Below, in pieces: positions 24,186 to 38,394 of a stretch of 64,000 nucleotides of DNA. Below the pieces are notes generated by a model. It saw only the letters and a program-made list of their open reading frames with translations, did not search any database and was not told where the DNA came from. Each line of letters starts with the position of its first letter. The first letter of the stretch is position 1. The position numbers were made by a program, and so were the translations under genes. Origin of the DNA: Scyliorhinus canicula (Eukaryota); contig NW_024056010.1 in the NCBI RefSeq assembly GCF_902713615.1, positions 310,001 to 374,000 of the forward strand, written 5' to 3'.

Positions 24186-26007
24186 TCAGTTGAAGTTCAG
24201 GCGCCGTTCGTTTTCCTCAGTGTTTATAGGCACCTCTGGATTACAATAATAAACATCTTCTCTTGATCACTCTTAAAGAAAGACGTCTTTATTTTATGAT
24301 GCCAGTTTCTTTTGTGACGAGAGAAACATCTTGCTGAGGTTCTCCATTTTGCACATCCAGAATCTTCGGAATCATACCTGTGTTTTCAGCAATATTCAAG
24401 TGCAGAGTGATCAAGCGACTGTTTCGATTCGTAACCTGTAGTTGAAAAGAATCATGATTGGACATCTTGCGTGTTTTTGTTTCGTTGTTCATTTTTGCGG
24501 GATGTGGGTTTCGCTGGCTGGGCCACCATTTGTTGCCTAACCATAATTGCTCTTCAGAAGGTGGTGGTGAGCTGTCTTCTTGATCCGTTGCAGTCCATGT
24601 TGTGCAGGTACATCCACTTTGCTATTGGGGAGGGCGTCATCATTATACGGTTAAGGTAACTTCGATTTTCACTTTAGTTTTTGTTAATGTGCTCATAAAT
24701 AGCTTTTCTGGCTCCTGTGCTCAGATGTTTCTTCCTTTTATGTCGCAGTTATATTTGCTCACTGGTATGTTACAGGTGTAGATAGTGCTGGTAGCTCAGA
24801 CCCCAAGTGCTCTTTTCTCAATTACTCTCTAAGCTGTTGTATCCTCTTAGTGTAAGTTTGAAACATACGTTCTCCCGAACATACTCTGTGTGAATTTGTC
24901 AATAAATTGTTAAATTAATTAACTTGAAATTGTTTGCATTTCTTTTTCTAAGGTTCCTCCCCAGCTTTCGATTTTCCCTATTAAAGCCTCCCCCCCCCAA
25001 CCCACTCCGCACTGCCCCCTCCCCCCGCACACACACACGGGGGGATCATGGCAGCCCATCACTTTCGCATGATGTTATCAGAAAACGCAGAGGCAGAATG
25101 ACCACACAGCCAGAAGAACCTCTCTGAACTCTTTCATATGATGATTCGTCAAAATCACATGCCAGTTTCTTGTAAAGGGCACTACACTGATCCATCCCAG
25201 CCCGAGCAGAACGGAAATTGGAAAATTAAAACTGCCTGTACAGTGTCTCAGTCAAACGCTACGGTGCAGGCACAGCATGGGGTTAGATTCAGAGTAACGC
25301 GGCTGTAGACTGTGCCAGCATACATTCCCAAGGCATTTTCAACTTACCCGCAGTTCCAATTTAACCATTTGGGTTGTGGATACCCTCGGATCTAATATCT
25401 AATATATTCCATGATAGATACACAGTGAAGTTCCTTCTTCAACGGCCAATCAGTGGCTTTCCCGACGGGTACATTCGGGGTTAGATAGAGAGAGAAACTC
25501 CCTTTCTGCTGCACCTCTCAAACACGGCGAGGACAGGTTTAGTGCTGGATTAGATAGACAGTAAACCCCCTCTATATAGAACCATAGAAAAGGTACCGTG
25601 CAGAAAGAGGCCATTCAGACAATAGTGTCTGCGCCGGCCACGACAAGAGAAAATCCACTAGTCGCTCATTTCTCTATCACTTTCCAGCAACTGGTCCGTA
25701 ACCTTGCAGGTTACAGCACTTCAAATGCACCCCCAGGTATCGTTTAAATTAGTTGAGCTTTTCAGCCTCAACGACCTTCCGAGACAATGAATTCCAGACA
25801 CCCACCACCCTCTGAGTGAAAAAAAATTCATCACGCCCCCGCTAATTGTTCTCCCAATCATCTTACTACAATGCCTCCGAGTACTTCACGACAAACCTTA
25901 CAACATGCCAAACATCAGCTGGCCAATACTGTTACTTGTTTCGTGCTCAGACGAATTAATTTCCATATTGCTACTATCCATTATATTATATGAGCTCCAT
26001 ACTTAAT

Positions 26008-26653
26008 ATCACAATCCCAGGCCAGACCCCAATAGTGGATAGGATACTTGACCGAACCCCCAATGTTTTATTTTAATTTTGTAAAACTATGATGAAACGA
26101 TACCTTGCTCCAGGAGTGATTGCACGAAGAAATCGAGATATGGTCTATTAAAACAAACAAACTTTATTACTAACACGATATTAAAATCTTTAACATAATA
26201 CCCGACAATAGCTGTCAGACATTCTAGCTGCATGTCTTCAAAGGCTGTTTCAACGGGCTTGTTTCAGCTCACCAGCGTCCTCAGGCATATCGGCACTTCT
26301 TTACATACGGTTAATCTCTTTTAACTAACTTACAGTGGGGATTTCACTGTGCGCATAGCTTCGGCCAGATCAGAACAGAATCCAAACTCCTTCCTCAAAC
26401 TATCTGATGCCTTAGTTCCACCCAGCAATGACAGCATCTCCCCAAGCTGAAAACGAATTGACTCCATTAATCAAAACAAAATTGCATTGCCCAAGCTTTT
26501 TACGATGGTTAATCAATCTCTAGCTCCCAAAAGCGTGTTGTCTTGAAACTTTAGAATCTTTGAAAACATTGTTTCAGCAGTCAACACACTCTAACCCAGG
26601 CGTTTAACCCTTACTTCTCCAACACATAATACAAAATATCTAAAATTCCTACA
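26008..26653 (-). mobile_element. Possible solo LTR
   Basis: Minus strand starts TGTAG, ends GTGATA (degenerate CA), AATAAA about 155 nt from the 3' end (tttatt 26163-26168). Confidence 0.45.
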
Positions 26654-26974
26654 CTCATCACAACTCCCTCGGCTGTGGTGCAGCACATTTTCTAAAGACT
26701 TCTCGAAGCCCATCAACAGAAATGGCCGCATTAACCATATGTGTGACTCATCATAAAAGTCAACTAAACTTAATTAAACTTAATTTGCCATTACCAAGTC
26801 ATTGTTGTATTAATTGATCAAGAAGTCGGTTCCAGCTGGTTCCACTGATGTGCCACCTTATCAACATTCCTGGAGTTTCCAAAAGTTAGATTGTGCATAA
26901 TTGCGGATCAATGTGGCTGATTTGTGAACATTAAGGTGTGTGACGGGGCCAAGTATCTCAGTTGAACAAATAAC

Positions 26975-29635
26975 AAATAATAAAGGAAAGTACAGCTCAG
27001 GAACAGGTCCTTCAGCCCTGCAAGGCTGTGCCGTCCATGCTGCCCGCCAAATCTGAAACGTTTTACAATTCCGAGTTCTGGATCCCTCTATTCCCATCCT
27101 ATTTATGTACATGACAAGACGTCCCTTAAATGTTTCTATGGGACCTGCTTCCACCATCCCCTCCGGCAGCCAGTTCCAGGCAACTACTACCCTCTGTGTA
27201 AAAAAACGTCCTTCGCAGATCTCCTCTAAACTTTGCCCCTCACATCTTAAACCAATGTCCCTTCGTAATTGACTCTTCCACCCTGGGAGAAAGGTTCTGA
27301 CTATCCAATCTGTCCATGCCCCTCATAATTTTGTAGACTTCTATCAGGTCGCCCCTCAACCTCTGTCATTCCAGTGAGAAGAAACAGAGTTTATACAACA
27401 TCTCTTCATAGCTAATGCCCTCCATACCAGGCAACATTCTGGTGAACCTCTTCAGTACCCTTTCCAAAGCCTCCACATCCTTCTGGCAGTGTGGCGACCA
27501 GAATTGAACATTATATTCCAAGTGGTCTAATTAATGTTCTATATAGCTACAGCATCACTTGCCAATTTTTATACTCAATGCCCCGGCCGATGAAGGCAAG
27601 CATGCCAGATAGCTTCTTGACTACCTTCTCCACCTGCGCTGTCACTTTCAATGACCTGTGGACCTGTACACCCAGACCCCTCTGCCTGACAATACTCTTA
27701 AGGGTTCGGCTATTTACTGCATATTTTCCACCTGTATGAGACCTCCCAAAATGCGTTACCTCACATTTATACCGATTAAACATCATCTACCATCACTCCG
27801 CCCACGTTTCCAACCAATATCCTGCTACATCCTCTGACAGTCCTCATCACTTTCTGCAACTTCAAGAGCCCTTATGTCATCCGCACAGTTACTTATCCGA
27901 CCAGTTGCATTTTCCTCCAAATAATTAAAATATATTACAAAGAGCAAAGGTCCAAACACTCATCCCTGCAGAACACCACTAGTCACAGCCCTCCATTCAT
28001 AAACGCACCCTTTCCACTGCTACCCTCTGTCTTCTATGGCTGAGCCAGTTCTGTATGCATCTTGCCAGCTCACTTGTAATACCGTCTGACTTCACTTTCT
28101 GAACCAGTCTGCTGTGATGGATCTTGTCAAGTACCAAACTGAAGTGGATTTAGACATCATCCACTGCCCTGCCGTCATCAATCATCTTTGTTACTTCCTT
28201 CAAAAACTTAATCAAGTTAGTTTTCTCTCTTTCACAAAACCACACTGTCTCTCGCTAATACATCCATTTGCTTCCAATAGGGAGTAAATCCTATTTCAAA
28301 GAATCCTTTCCAATAATTTCCCTACCACTGACATGAGGTTCAGCAGCCTGTAATTTCCTGAATTATCATTGCTACGCTTCTCAAACAAAGGAAAAACATT
28401 GGCTATTCTCCAGTCCTCTGGGACCTCATCTGTAACCAGCAGGAATGCAAGGATTTCTGACAAGGCCCCAGAAATTTCCTTCCTTGCCTCTCTCAGTACT
28501 CTGGGTAGATCCAATCAGGCCCTGGGGACTTATCTCACTTAATGTTTTTCAAGACGCTCAACACCTTCAACTTTTCGATCTCAATGTGACCCAGAGTATT
28601 TGCACATCCTTCCCCAGGCTCATCAACACCAAGTCTTTCTCTTTCGCGAATACTGATGCAAACTATCATTCAGTACCTCGCCAATTTCCTCTGGTTCCAC
28701 GCATAGATTCCATCCCCTGTCCTTGAGTTGACAAGCCCTTTCCCTGGCTGTCCTCTTGCTCTTTATTTACGTGTAAAAATCCTTGGGATTTTCCTTAAAC
28801 CTATTTGCCAATGACTTTCCGTGGTCGCTTTTAGCTCTCCTGACTCCATGCTTTAGTTCTTTCCTACTTTAGTTGTATTCTCACGGGCTTCCTCTGTTCT
28901 TCGCCTTCTAACCCTTACAAATGCTTATTTTTTCCTTTGGACGAGGCTCACAATATCCCGCGTTATCCAGGGTTCCCAAAACGTCCCATATATATCCTTC
29001 TTCCTCACAGGAACGTCCCTGTCCTGAATTTCGAGCTGCTGACATTTGAAAGCCTCCCACATGCCAGATACTTATTTAATCTCAAATGTCCGTGCCCGAC
29101 CTCGGGTCTTCAGTTCCCGCGAATTTGTATATAAATGGCCTTCCCCCAATTTAGCACCATCAGCCGAGAACTACTTGATCTTTGTCCAGCAGTACCTTAA
29201 AACGTACGGAATTATGATCTCTGTTGCCAAAATGCTCCCCTACTGAAACGTTGACCACCTGGCCCGGTTCATTTAACAACACTAGATCCAGTATGTCCCC
29301 TTCCGTAGTTGGACTAGCAACATTTTGTTTCGAGAAACCTTCCTGGATGCAACTTACAAACTCTGCATCATCCATTCCCCGAACACAAAGGGAGTGCCAG
29401 TCATATAGGGGATGTTAAAATCACCCACCACACCAATCCTGTTGCTTTTACACCTTTCCAAATTCTGCCTACATATCTGCTCTTCTATCCCCCTGGCTGT
29501 TGGAAGGCTTATAGTAAACCCTCAGCATTGTGACTGAACTCTTCCTATTCCTCAGCTCTACCCATATTGCATTGTTGCATGAGCCATCTGAGGTGCCCTC
29601 CCTGAGTAGACCTGTGATATTCTCCTCAACCATGA
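26975..29635 (-). mobile_element. CR1 LINE ORF2 remnant (endonuclease to 3' tail)
   Basis: ORF pieces 29469-29657, 29160-29375 (DILDLVL, DHNSVRF), 28296-28514 (VPEDWRIANV, NYRLL), 27547-27786. Confidence 0.85.
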
Positions 29636-29639
29636 TGCC

Positions 29640-30420
29640 AGAAGTCTTTGTGACCAAGGTGAGAGGGCAGGAGAGGAGGCATGGGGAGATGCCATTTCAA
29701 GTGATGGGAGGGAGTTTTCAATACTTGGGAATTCAGGTGGCACGGGGATGGGAGTAGTTACATAAATTAAATCTGGCCCGATTGGTTGAGTAAATGAAGG
29801 AGGATTTTTGGAGATGGGACATGCTCCCGCTGTCACGGGGGAGGGGGGGGGGGGGGTACATACCCTAAAAATTATGGTTTTGCAGAGATTTCTGTTTATT
29901 TTCCAGTGTGTCTCTGTTTTTATTCCAAAAGCTTTTTTTAAGATGGTCAATGCAATGATTTCTGGGTTTGTATGGGCGGGTAGAACCCCGCGAATAAGGA
30001 AGCTGCTGTTGGAGCGGAGCAGCGCGGGGGAGGGGCTGGCTTTACCGAACTTCAGGAATTAATACTGGGCGGCAAATGTAGCTATGATCAGGGAGTGGGT
30101 AGTGGGGGAAGGTTCGCTATGGGAGCAGGTCGAGGCGACATCATGTAGGGGCACAAGTTTAATTTCACTGGTGATGGCATCGCTGCCATTCTCGCTGGCT
30201 CGGTCCTCCACAAGCCCGGTGGTAGGGGCAGCTCTGAGAGTTTGGGGGCAGTGGCGGAAGCAGATGGGAGTGGAGGGAGCGGTGGCGCGGGCTCCAATTT
30301 GTGGGAACCACGCTATGTACTGGGAAGGTTGGAAGGAGGGTTTGGGGGGTGGCATAGAGCAGAGATTGAGAGGCTGGGCAACATGTTTATTGATGGGCGC
30401 TTTCCTTGTTTGGAGGATTA
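29640..30420 (+). mobile_element. Tx1/L1-clade LINE ORF2 fragment
   Basis: QYLGIQVAR, FLFIFQCVSVFIPK, GLALPNFRN, WGQWR; homologous to 58318-59256. Confidence 0.85.
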
Positions 30421-30755
30421 GGGCAGCACGGTAGCATGGTGGTTAGCATAAATGCTTCACAGTTCCAGGGTCCCAGGTTCGGTTCCCGGCTGGGTCACTG
30501 TCTGTGCGGAGTCTGCACGTCCTCCCCGTGTGTGCGTGGGTTTCCTCCGGGTGCTCCGGTTTCCTCCCACAGTCCAAAGATGTGCGGGTTAGGTGGATTG
30601 GCCATGCTAAATTGCCCGTAGTGTCCTAAAAAGTAAGGTTAAGAGGAGGGGTTGTTGGGTTACGGGTATAGGGTGGATACGTGGGTTTGAGTAGGGTGAT
30701 CATTGCTCGGCACAACATCGAGGGCTGAAGGGCCTTTTCTGTGCTGTACTGTTCT
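30421..30755 (+). mobile_element. Young full-length HE1-like SINE
   Basis: gggcagcacggtagcatggtggttagc head; near-identical inverted copy at about 45470-45812. Confidence 0.88.
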
Positions 30756-31919
30756 ATTCTACTCTATTTGTAGGAGGAGGTGGTCTTTCAAGGGTCTTTA
30801 GGCTCGTTCGGCCTAATGGCCTCCTTCCGCAAGGCAAATTCCATGATTCTCTGATTATCACCTGTAAAGTAAAATGAGAAAATATGTCATTGGAAACATG
30901 GAAGTCTGACAAAACCTGAGGGTACATTAGAAAATGTAGGGAAAATCTCACGAGGGGTTAACAGCAGCAGTAAAAGAAGGTAGCCTTTATGAAACAGGCG
31001 TTAAGAAAACAGCTTCTGACAGCTCATTATGTAAAACTGATGCCTGTCTTTCAAGTTAAAGCAGATTGATCTTTTAATTACATGAAGGGATACAGTATTT
31101 CGCACCTTCTTTGAAGTTAATTATTTTAGTAAGCAGTTAAAAAAGAATTGCGAGGATATCCAGTTGTATTGGGTGACAAACGATTAGGTGTGAAATCCTG
31201 CTGACACCAGTTGAATATGGGAAGCCAGAGACGATGTGTCCACGAGAGCACAAGTTAACACCAAGTCGTGGTCAGAGGTCTGACAAGCTAAGGGCACTAT
31301 TTGGTAATAAAACAACTTTAGAAGTGACAGGAGCCAAATGTAACACCCCTCTAGGATCAAAGCACTTTTGAACATTACAAGGAAAAAAATGTAATCAGAG
31401 TTCGATGAACTAAAGTCATGCTCATCATGAAAACGTAGTTGTGTTAAATGTAATTAAGATTAAAGGTACACTGAACAGTCAAGAGCAAAACGAAGTTACT
31501 TTACGATAATGTCATAAATTTAACTACTGTTAGAAGGGCAGTTTAAACCCTGAATGGCTAGCAGCCAGCAGAGTCATCTCTCATAGCTGCCCTCGGTCAT
31601 GGGACGGATAGAACACGAAAACCGAGCAAAACAGCAAATTATACCGGGGGATAACTGGAAATATTAGTTTTACCCAAATACAGTAGCACCTACTTAAGTC
31701 TGCATCGGAGTCAGGGAGTGAGAATCCCTGTTCACCATTTAGAATATCTTGATTTTTATTGGCATAGGGGGAATTCTAAGAATATTGGTGAGTTTTTTTA
31801 CTTCACACCTCCTGCAACGTGGAATGCGCCAGCTGGTGGGTGTCTTGAGCATACCTCATTTTAAATCCATGAGAAGTCTCACAGCACCAGGTTAAAGTCC
31901 AACTGGTTTTCAAATGGCA

Positions 31920-34900
31920 AAGTTTCCAGCTTGATGAACCCTGCCATATCATTAATCCAAACTTTCATGCTTGGGGGCTTCATATCCCTCCACATTAGTA
32001 GGATCCTCCGCCGGGCTACCGGGGACGCAAAGGTCAGAACACCAGCCTTTTGTTTGGCTCCTGCACTCCCGGCTCGTCTGATACCCCAAATAATGCTATC
32101 CCCAGCTCGGCTTGACTCGGGTGTTCACCACTTTGGACATAGTCCTCGCAAAGCCCCTCCAGGACCCCTCCAGCGCCGGGCACGTCCAGAACATATGGGC
32201 GTGATTTGCTGGGCTCCCCGAGCACCTCACACACCCCAAAGAACCTTCTCATCCTCGCCCCTGTCATATGCGCCCTATGAACAACTTTGAACTATATGAG
32301 GCTAAGCCTGGCGCAAGAGGAGGAATTAACCCTACTCAGGGCATCAGCCCACAGATCCTCATCCAGCTCCTCCCCGAGCTCGTCCTCCCACTTGCCCTTT
32401 AACTCCTCCACCGAGGCCTCCTCCACTTCCTGCAGTTCCTGATAGATCGCCGTGACCTTGCCTTCTCCAACACACACACCCGAAATCACCCTGTCCTGAA
32501 TTCTACGTGCTGGGAGCAGCGGAAATTCCCTCACCTGCCATCTCACAAATGCCCTCACATGCATGCACCTAAAAGCATTCGCGGGAGGTAAACCAAATTT
32601 ATCCTCTAGCGCCCCTAGGCAAGCAAAAGTCCCATCGATGAATTGGTCCCCCATTCTTTTAATCCCTGCCCGATGCCAGCTCAGGAACCCCCCATCCTAC
32701 ACGGGACGAACCTGTGGTTCGCTCGTATTGGGGACCAGACCGAGGCCGCCAAATCGCCCCTATGTCGCCTCCACTGCCCCCAGATCGTCAGAGTCGCACC
32801 ACCACCGGACTCGTGGTGTATCTTGTCAGCAGGAGTGGCAATGGTACCGTCACCAGCGCCCCCAGACTTGTACCCACACAAGACACCACCTCCAGCCTCT
32901 TCCACGCCACTCGCTCCTCCTCCATTACCCACTTGCGGATCATCGCCACATTAGCTGCCCAATAATAGCCACATAGATTTGGCAGCGCCAGCCCCCTCTG
33001 TCCCTGCTACACTCCAAAAACACCCTCTTCACCCTCGGGGTCTTATTCGCCCATACAAATCCCATAATACCCTGCTGACCCATTTTTAAAAAGCCTTGGG
33101 GATAAGAAGGGGCAGGCACTGGAACACGAACAGGAACCTCGGGAGGACCATCATCCTGACCGACGGCACCCTGCCCGCCAGGGAAAGTGACAGCACATGC
33201 CATCTCTTGAAATTTTCCTCCATCTGTTCCACCAACCGTGCCAAATTGAGCTTATGAAGGGCCCCAAGCTCCTAGCTACCTGATCCCCAGGTATCAAAAG
33301 CTCCTCTTCGCCCTCTTCAACGGTAGCTCATCTATCCGCCTTCCCTGGTCCCCCGCATGCACCACAAAAAGCTCACTCTTTCCCGCGTTGAGCTTATAAC
33401 CCGAAAAGTCCCCAAACTCCTCAATGATCCGCATAACCTCCACCATCCCCTCCACTGGGTCTGCAACAGAGAACAACAGGTCATCAGCAGAAAATGACAC
33501 CCGGTGTTCCACACCGCCCCCCCCCCCCCCCCCCCCAGACCAATCCCCTCCAGTTCCAAGATTCCCTCAGTGCCATGGCCAGCGGCTCAATTCCCACGGT
33601 ACAACCTGAAATACTCCGACCTCCAACGTTTCATAGCCACGCTCGCCACTGGGGCCCTATATAACAGCCTCACCCATCTTATGAACTCTTCTCCAAACCC
33701 AAACCTCCGAAGCACTTCCCAGAGATACTCACACTGCACCTGATCATAAGCCTTCCCCGTGTCCATGGCCGCCACTACCTCCGCTTCCCCCTCCACCGAG
33801 GGCATCATGAACATATTTCAGAGCCTCCGCACATTTGTATTTAACTGCCTGCCCTTCACAAACCCCGTCTGGTCCTCGTGGATCACCCCTGGGACACAGT
33901 CCTCAATCCTCGTAGCCAGAACCTTCGCCAATAACTAAGCATCTACATTGAGGAGCAAAATCGGCCCATACGATCCACATTACAATAGATCCTTCTCCCG
34001 CTTCAAAATCAGTGAGATCAGTGCCCGGGACATTGTTGGGGGCAGGGTCCCCTCCTCCCTCCCCTCATTAAAAGTTCTCACCAGCAACGGGCCCAGCAGG
34101 TCCACATACGTTCTGTAGAATTCAACCAGGAACACGTGCAGTCCTGGAGCTTTCCCCGCCTGCATGCTCTCCAATCCCTTAACCAGCTCCTCCAGCCCAA
34201 TCGGTGCCCCCAAACCAGCCACCTGCTCCTCCTCCACCCTCGGGAACGTCAGTTGATCTAGAAACTGCTGCATCCCCACCCCCGGGGGCTCAGACCTATA
34301 CAGATCCCCAGAGAAATCCCTAAGCACCTCGTTTATTCTCACCGCACTTCGCACCATATTCCCCCCTCTATCCCTAATTCCACCAATCTCCCTCGCTGCC
34401 TCCCTCTTACGAAGCTGATGTGCCAGCACCGGTTCACCTTCTCCCCATACTCATATACCGCCCCCTGCATTTTCCTCCACTGCACCTCTGCTTTTACCGT
34501 GCTCAATAGATCAAATTCCATTTGGAGGTTTTGTCGCTCCCTAAGCAGCCCCTCCTCGGGAGCCTCTGCATAGCTCCTGTCCACCCTTAATATCTCCCCC
34601 ACTAATCTCTCCCTCTCCCTCCTCTCTCTCTTCTCCCTATCGGCCCTAATGGAAATGAGCTCTCCCCTAACCACCGCCTTCAAAACCTCCCAGACTACCC
34701 CACCTGCACCTTCCTATTATCGTTGGTGTCCATGTATTTTTAAATACACCCCCCGGACCCGCTCGCACACCTCCTCCTCCCGCAACGCCAGGTCCACCCA
34801 ATGCAGGGCGTGGTCCAAGATGGCTATAGCCGAATATTCCATTCCCTCCACTTTCGGGATTAGAGCCCTACTAATTATAAAGACATATACCCGGGAATAG

Positions 34901-36862
34901 GCGTTATGGACGTGGGAGAAAAAAGAAAATTCTCCGGCCACCGGCCTGGCAAACCTCCACGGATCCACTCCCCCCACCTGGTCCATAAACCCAGGTGGGG
35001 GGAGGGGGCATAAGCATTCACCAGTACCAACCGCATCCCCTGCAACCTACCACTCACCATCACATCCCGACCTCCATTATCCACCACAATATTCATCGCC
35101 TGAAACGACACCCGTTTCCCCACCAGTATTGCAACCCCTCTATTCTTTGCATCCAGCCCTGAGTGAAAAAATTGCCCGACCCATCCCTTTCTCAGCCTAA
35201 CCTGATCTGCCACGTTCAAGTGTGTCTCCTGTAGCATGACCACGTCTGCCTTCAGTCCCTTTAAGTGCGCGAACACCCGGGCCCTCTTGACCAGCCCCTC
35301 ACATTCCATGTTATCAGCTGGATCAGGGGGCTATTCGCCCCCCCCCCCCCGTGCTGACTAGCCATCCCCTTTCGTAGGCCAGCCACGTGCCTGCGCATCC
35401 CGCACCCTCCACTCCCCCAGGCGGCGGACCCCCACCCCGACTCCCTCTTCTACCTCCAGCTCCCCTTTGGCCGATACAGCAGCAACCCAGTCCCCCCCCC
35501 CCCCAGCCAGACCACCGTCCAGTCATTCTGCTCCCCCCATTATGCTCCCTTAAGTCAGCTGACTCCTGCTGGCCCAGCCCCTCCCTTCCTTAACGCGGGA
35601 AAAAGCCAACGCTTTTCATCCGAGCCGGCCCCGCCCCCAATGGCACAGCTCTTTTTTCTGCGACCTCGCCCCAGCTCCCCAACCTGGGCTTCCAACCCCC
35701 CCCCCCCTTCATCAGCGGGGACCTGCCCCTACAGTAACGGCGCCCACACTCTCACACAGCCCCCATATCATACTCCACTCACCCCTTCCCATGTCCCCTC
35801 TTCTCAACCTGAAACCAGCAGAAGAACACCCCCACAATACAGTGAACACCCCCCACAACAAACCCTCAGCGCGAGTCCAGCTTTTCAGTCTGAATAAAGG
35901 TCCACGCCTCATCTGGCGCCTCAAAATATTGGTGATGGTCCAGAAACATAACCCACAATCGCGCGGGCTGCAGCATTCCAAACTTCACTCCCTTCCGATG
36001 GAGAACCGCCTTGGCACGATTAAAGCCAGCCCTCTTCTTGACCACCTCCACACTCCAGTCCTGGTAGATTCGGATCTCCATATTCTCCCACCTGCTGCTC
36101 TGTTTTTTCTTCGCCCATCTCAGGACGCACTCCCTATCCAAAAAGCGGTGGAACCTCACCACTGCAGCCCTTGGCGGCTCGTTGGCTTTGGGCCTCCTTG
36201 CCAGGACTCGATGAGCCCCGTCCAGCTCCTGGGGCGTCGGAAAAGCTCCCACGCCCATCAGCGTTTTGAGCATTGTAATTACATATGCCCCAGCGTCAGA
36301 CCCCCTCCACTCCTTCAGGGAGACCCAGAATCCGAAGATTCTTCCTCCTCAACCTGTTTTCCAGGTCCTCAAACTTCTCCTGCCACTTCTTGTGTAGTTC
36401 CTCGTGCGCCTCCACTTTCTCTGCCAGGCCCAGAATCTCGTCCTTGTTCTCTGAGGCCTTCTGCCACACCACTCGAATCGCTGCCCATTAGGCCTTCTGG
36501 GTCTCCACCAGCTTTTCTATCGACGCCTTCATTGGCGCCAGCATTTCTGCTCTCAGCTCTGCAAAGCAGTTTTTGAGGAACTCCTGCTGCTCCAGCGACC
36601 ACAGCGCCCACGCTGCTTGATCTCCACCCGCCACCACCTTTCTCTTCCTGGGCCACTCTCTTCGCTGCTCCAAAACCACTTTTTTGATCGCTCCACTCCT
36701 GGTCCACTCCATACAGTGCTGGCGGAACCTTACTATCACCTGCCCACACTGGGAACCGTCGTACCAGTGCCGCTGGGGCTACTCAAAAGGGCCCAAAAGT
36801 CCGTTCTTGGCGGGAGCTGCCGAACGTGCGACCTAGCAAAGCATGGCCGCAACCGAAAGCAC
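31920..36862 (-). mobile_element. Near-full-length Tx1/L1-clade LINE, degenerate
   Basis: ORF1 pieces 35866-36273, 36369-36749; APE 34875-35309 (MLQETHL, RGVAIL); RT pieces 33980-34429, 33587-33814, 33294-33512 (SADD in place of YADD); many frameshifts. Confidence 0.92.
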
Positions 36863-37042
36863 GGACTGTAAAAATTGTCCTGCTCTGTTCACCGGGATCC
36901 ACCTTGTGGACATTTTCCAAATAAGAAATTGGGGGCTGGTTCCGCTCATTTGCCTGGACAAATGGTTTGTGATGCAGAGCCAGTCCAACAGCGTGGGTTC
37001 AATTCCTCTACCGCCTGAGATTAGTCATAAAGGCAGAATCCA

Positions 37043-37260
37043 GGACCAGTAAACTATTCCGAGGAAACTCACCTCCCGTCCCGGAGATCAGCATCTCCCT
37101 GATATGGGACCAGTAAACCATTCCGAGGAGACTGTCACTGCCAGCCCCAGACAGCAGCACCCCTCTGATCCAGGATCAATAAAACATTCCGAGGAGGCTG
37201 TTACCTCCAGCCAAGGAGATAAGCACCCCCCTGATGTGGGTCCAGTAAACTGTTCCCACC
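37043..37260. repeat. Minisatellite, about 3.3 copies of a 64-66 bp unit
   Basis: ggaccagtaaac..ttccgagga-like unit starts at 37043, 37107, 37173, 37239. Confidence 0.8.
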
Positions 37261-37414
37261 TGATCCAGGGCCATACGTCTTTTCTGTCTATTTAGCTGTT
37301 GCATTAAATGTAAACTGTTGCTTCTTAATCAACTGCTTTAAAATCACCTATGATTTCGACCCCCTTTTTGGATAATCTGTGACTCCCGGACACTTGTCCG
37401 TGAGAGTAAGGGAA

Positions 37415-37840
37415 GGTCTTATCTCTGAGTCAGGAGGTTGTGGGTTCAAATCCACCTCCAGAAACATGAACATCAAATCCAGGTTGATATTCTGATGCAG
37501 TCCTGAGGGAGCACTGCACTGTCAGAGGTGCCGTCTTCCAGATCAGACCTTTAACTCTGGCCCCATCTGCCCTCAGTTGGGTGTAAACGTTCCCATGATG
37601 TTATTCCAAAGAGCAGGGGAGTTCTCCCTGGTTTACTGCTTAATATTCATCCCTCAACATACATCACTGAACAGATTCTCTGGTCACAATCACATTTATG
37701 TTTGTGGGATCTCGCTGTGCACATTTGGTGACTATTTCCTACATTACAACAGTGACTACATTTCAAATGAAGATCATTGTCTGTAAAACACTTTGGGACA
37801 TCCTGAAGTTGTGAAAGGCGCTACATAATTACAAGTCTTC
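37415..37840 (+). mobile_element. Deu-domain SINE (SacSINE1/AmnSINE-like)
   Basis: tRNA-like head tctgagtcaggaggttgtgggttcaa; Deu-like core gcactgcactgtcagaggtgccgtctt..cccatg..gagcaggggagttctccc; tail gtgaaaggcgctacata. Confidence 0.7.
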
Positions 37841-37959
37841 CATTAACAAAGGAGAAAAGACCCAACAATGGAACAGTCGGTAAAAGGACATTAATCAGTC
37901 TCCTCTTATCTTCGAGAAATCAAGGTCTCCAACACTGTGTGTTCGACACAAAGCTGATT

Positions 37960-38298
37960 TAATTCATCTATATACAGAACATTAAACTCCAGTTACAGGG
38001 ATTATTAACATCAACAGAAACAAACTCCAACTGTCAGAATGAACATGGTTCAGTCCTGGATGTGACTCACAGCAGCAATAACAGCAGAATCCAACTCCTG
38101 TAACTTGTGAAATCGCTGGTGTATCTGCAGGGTGAATGAATGAGAGAATCTCTTCCCACTCTCGGAGCACTGAATGGTCTCTCTCCAGTGTGAGCACTGT
38201 TGGTGAGTCAGCAGATTCATTTTGCTTCTAAAGCTCTTCTCACAGTCAGAACACATAAAATGTCTTGTGTCAGAGTGAACATGTTGGTGTGAAGTGAG
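37960..38298 (-). pseudogene. C2H2 zinc-finger 3' fragment 1
   Basis: CSDCEKSF..HQ, frameshifted linker, degenerate last finger, shared 3' element. Confidence 0.85.
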
Positions 38299-38394
38299 AT
38301 GGGTTCGAGTAATAGGGTTTTAAGCACAGAACAAGGCCCTTTGTCCCATTGTGTCTGTGCCGGCTATCAAGCACCAGTCTATTCTAATCTGTTT

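Noticed and set aside
24924-25127. Short ORF or possible extra exon after TM2
   Set aside because: No Ig or other recognisable motif; low-complexity C-rich sequence
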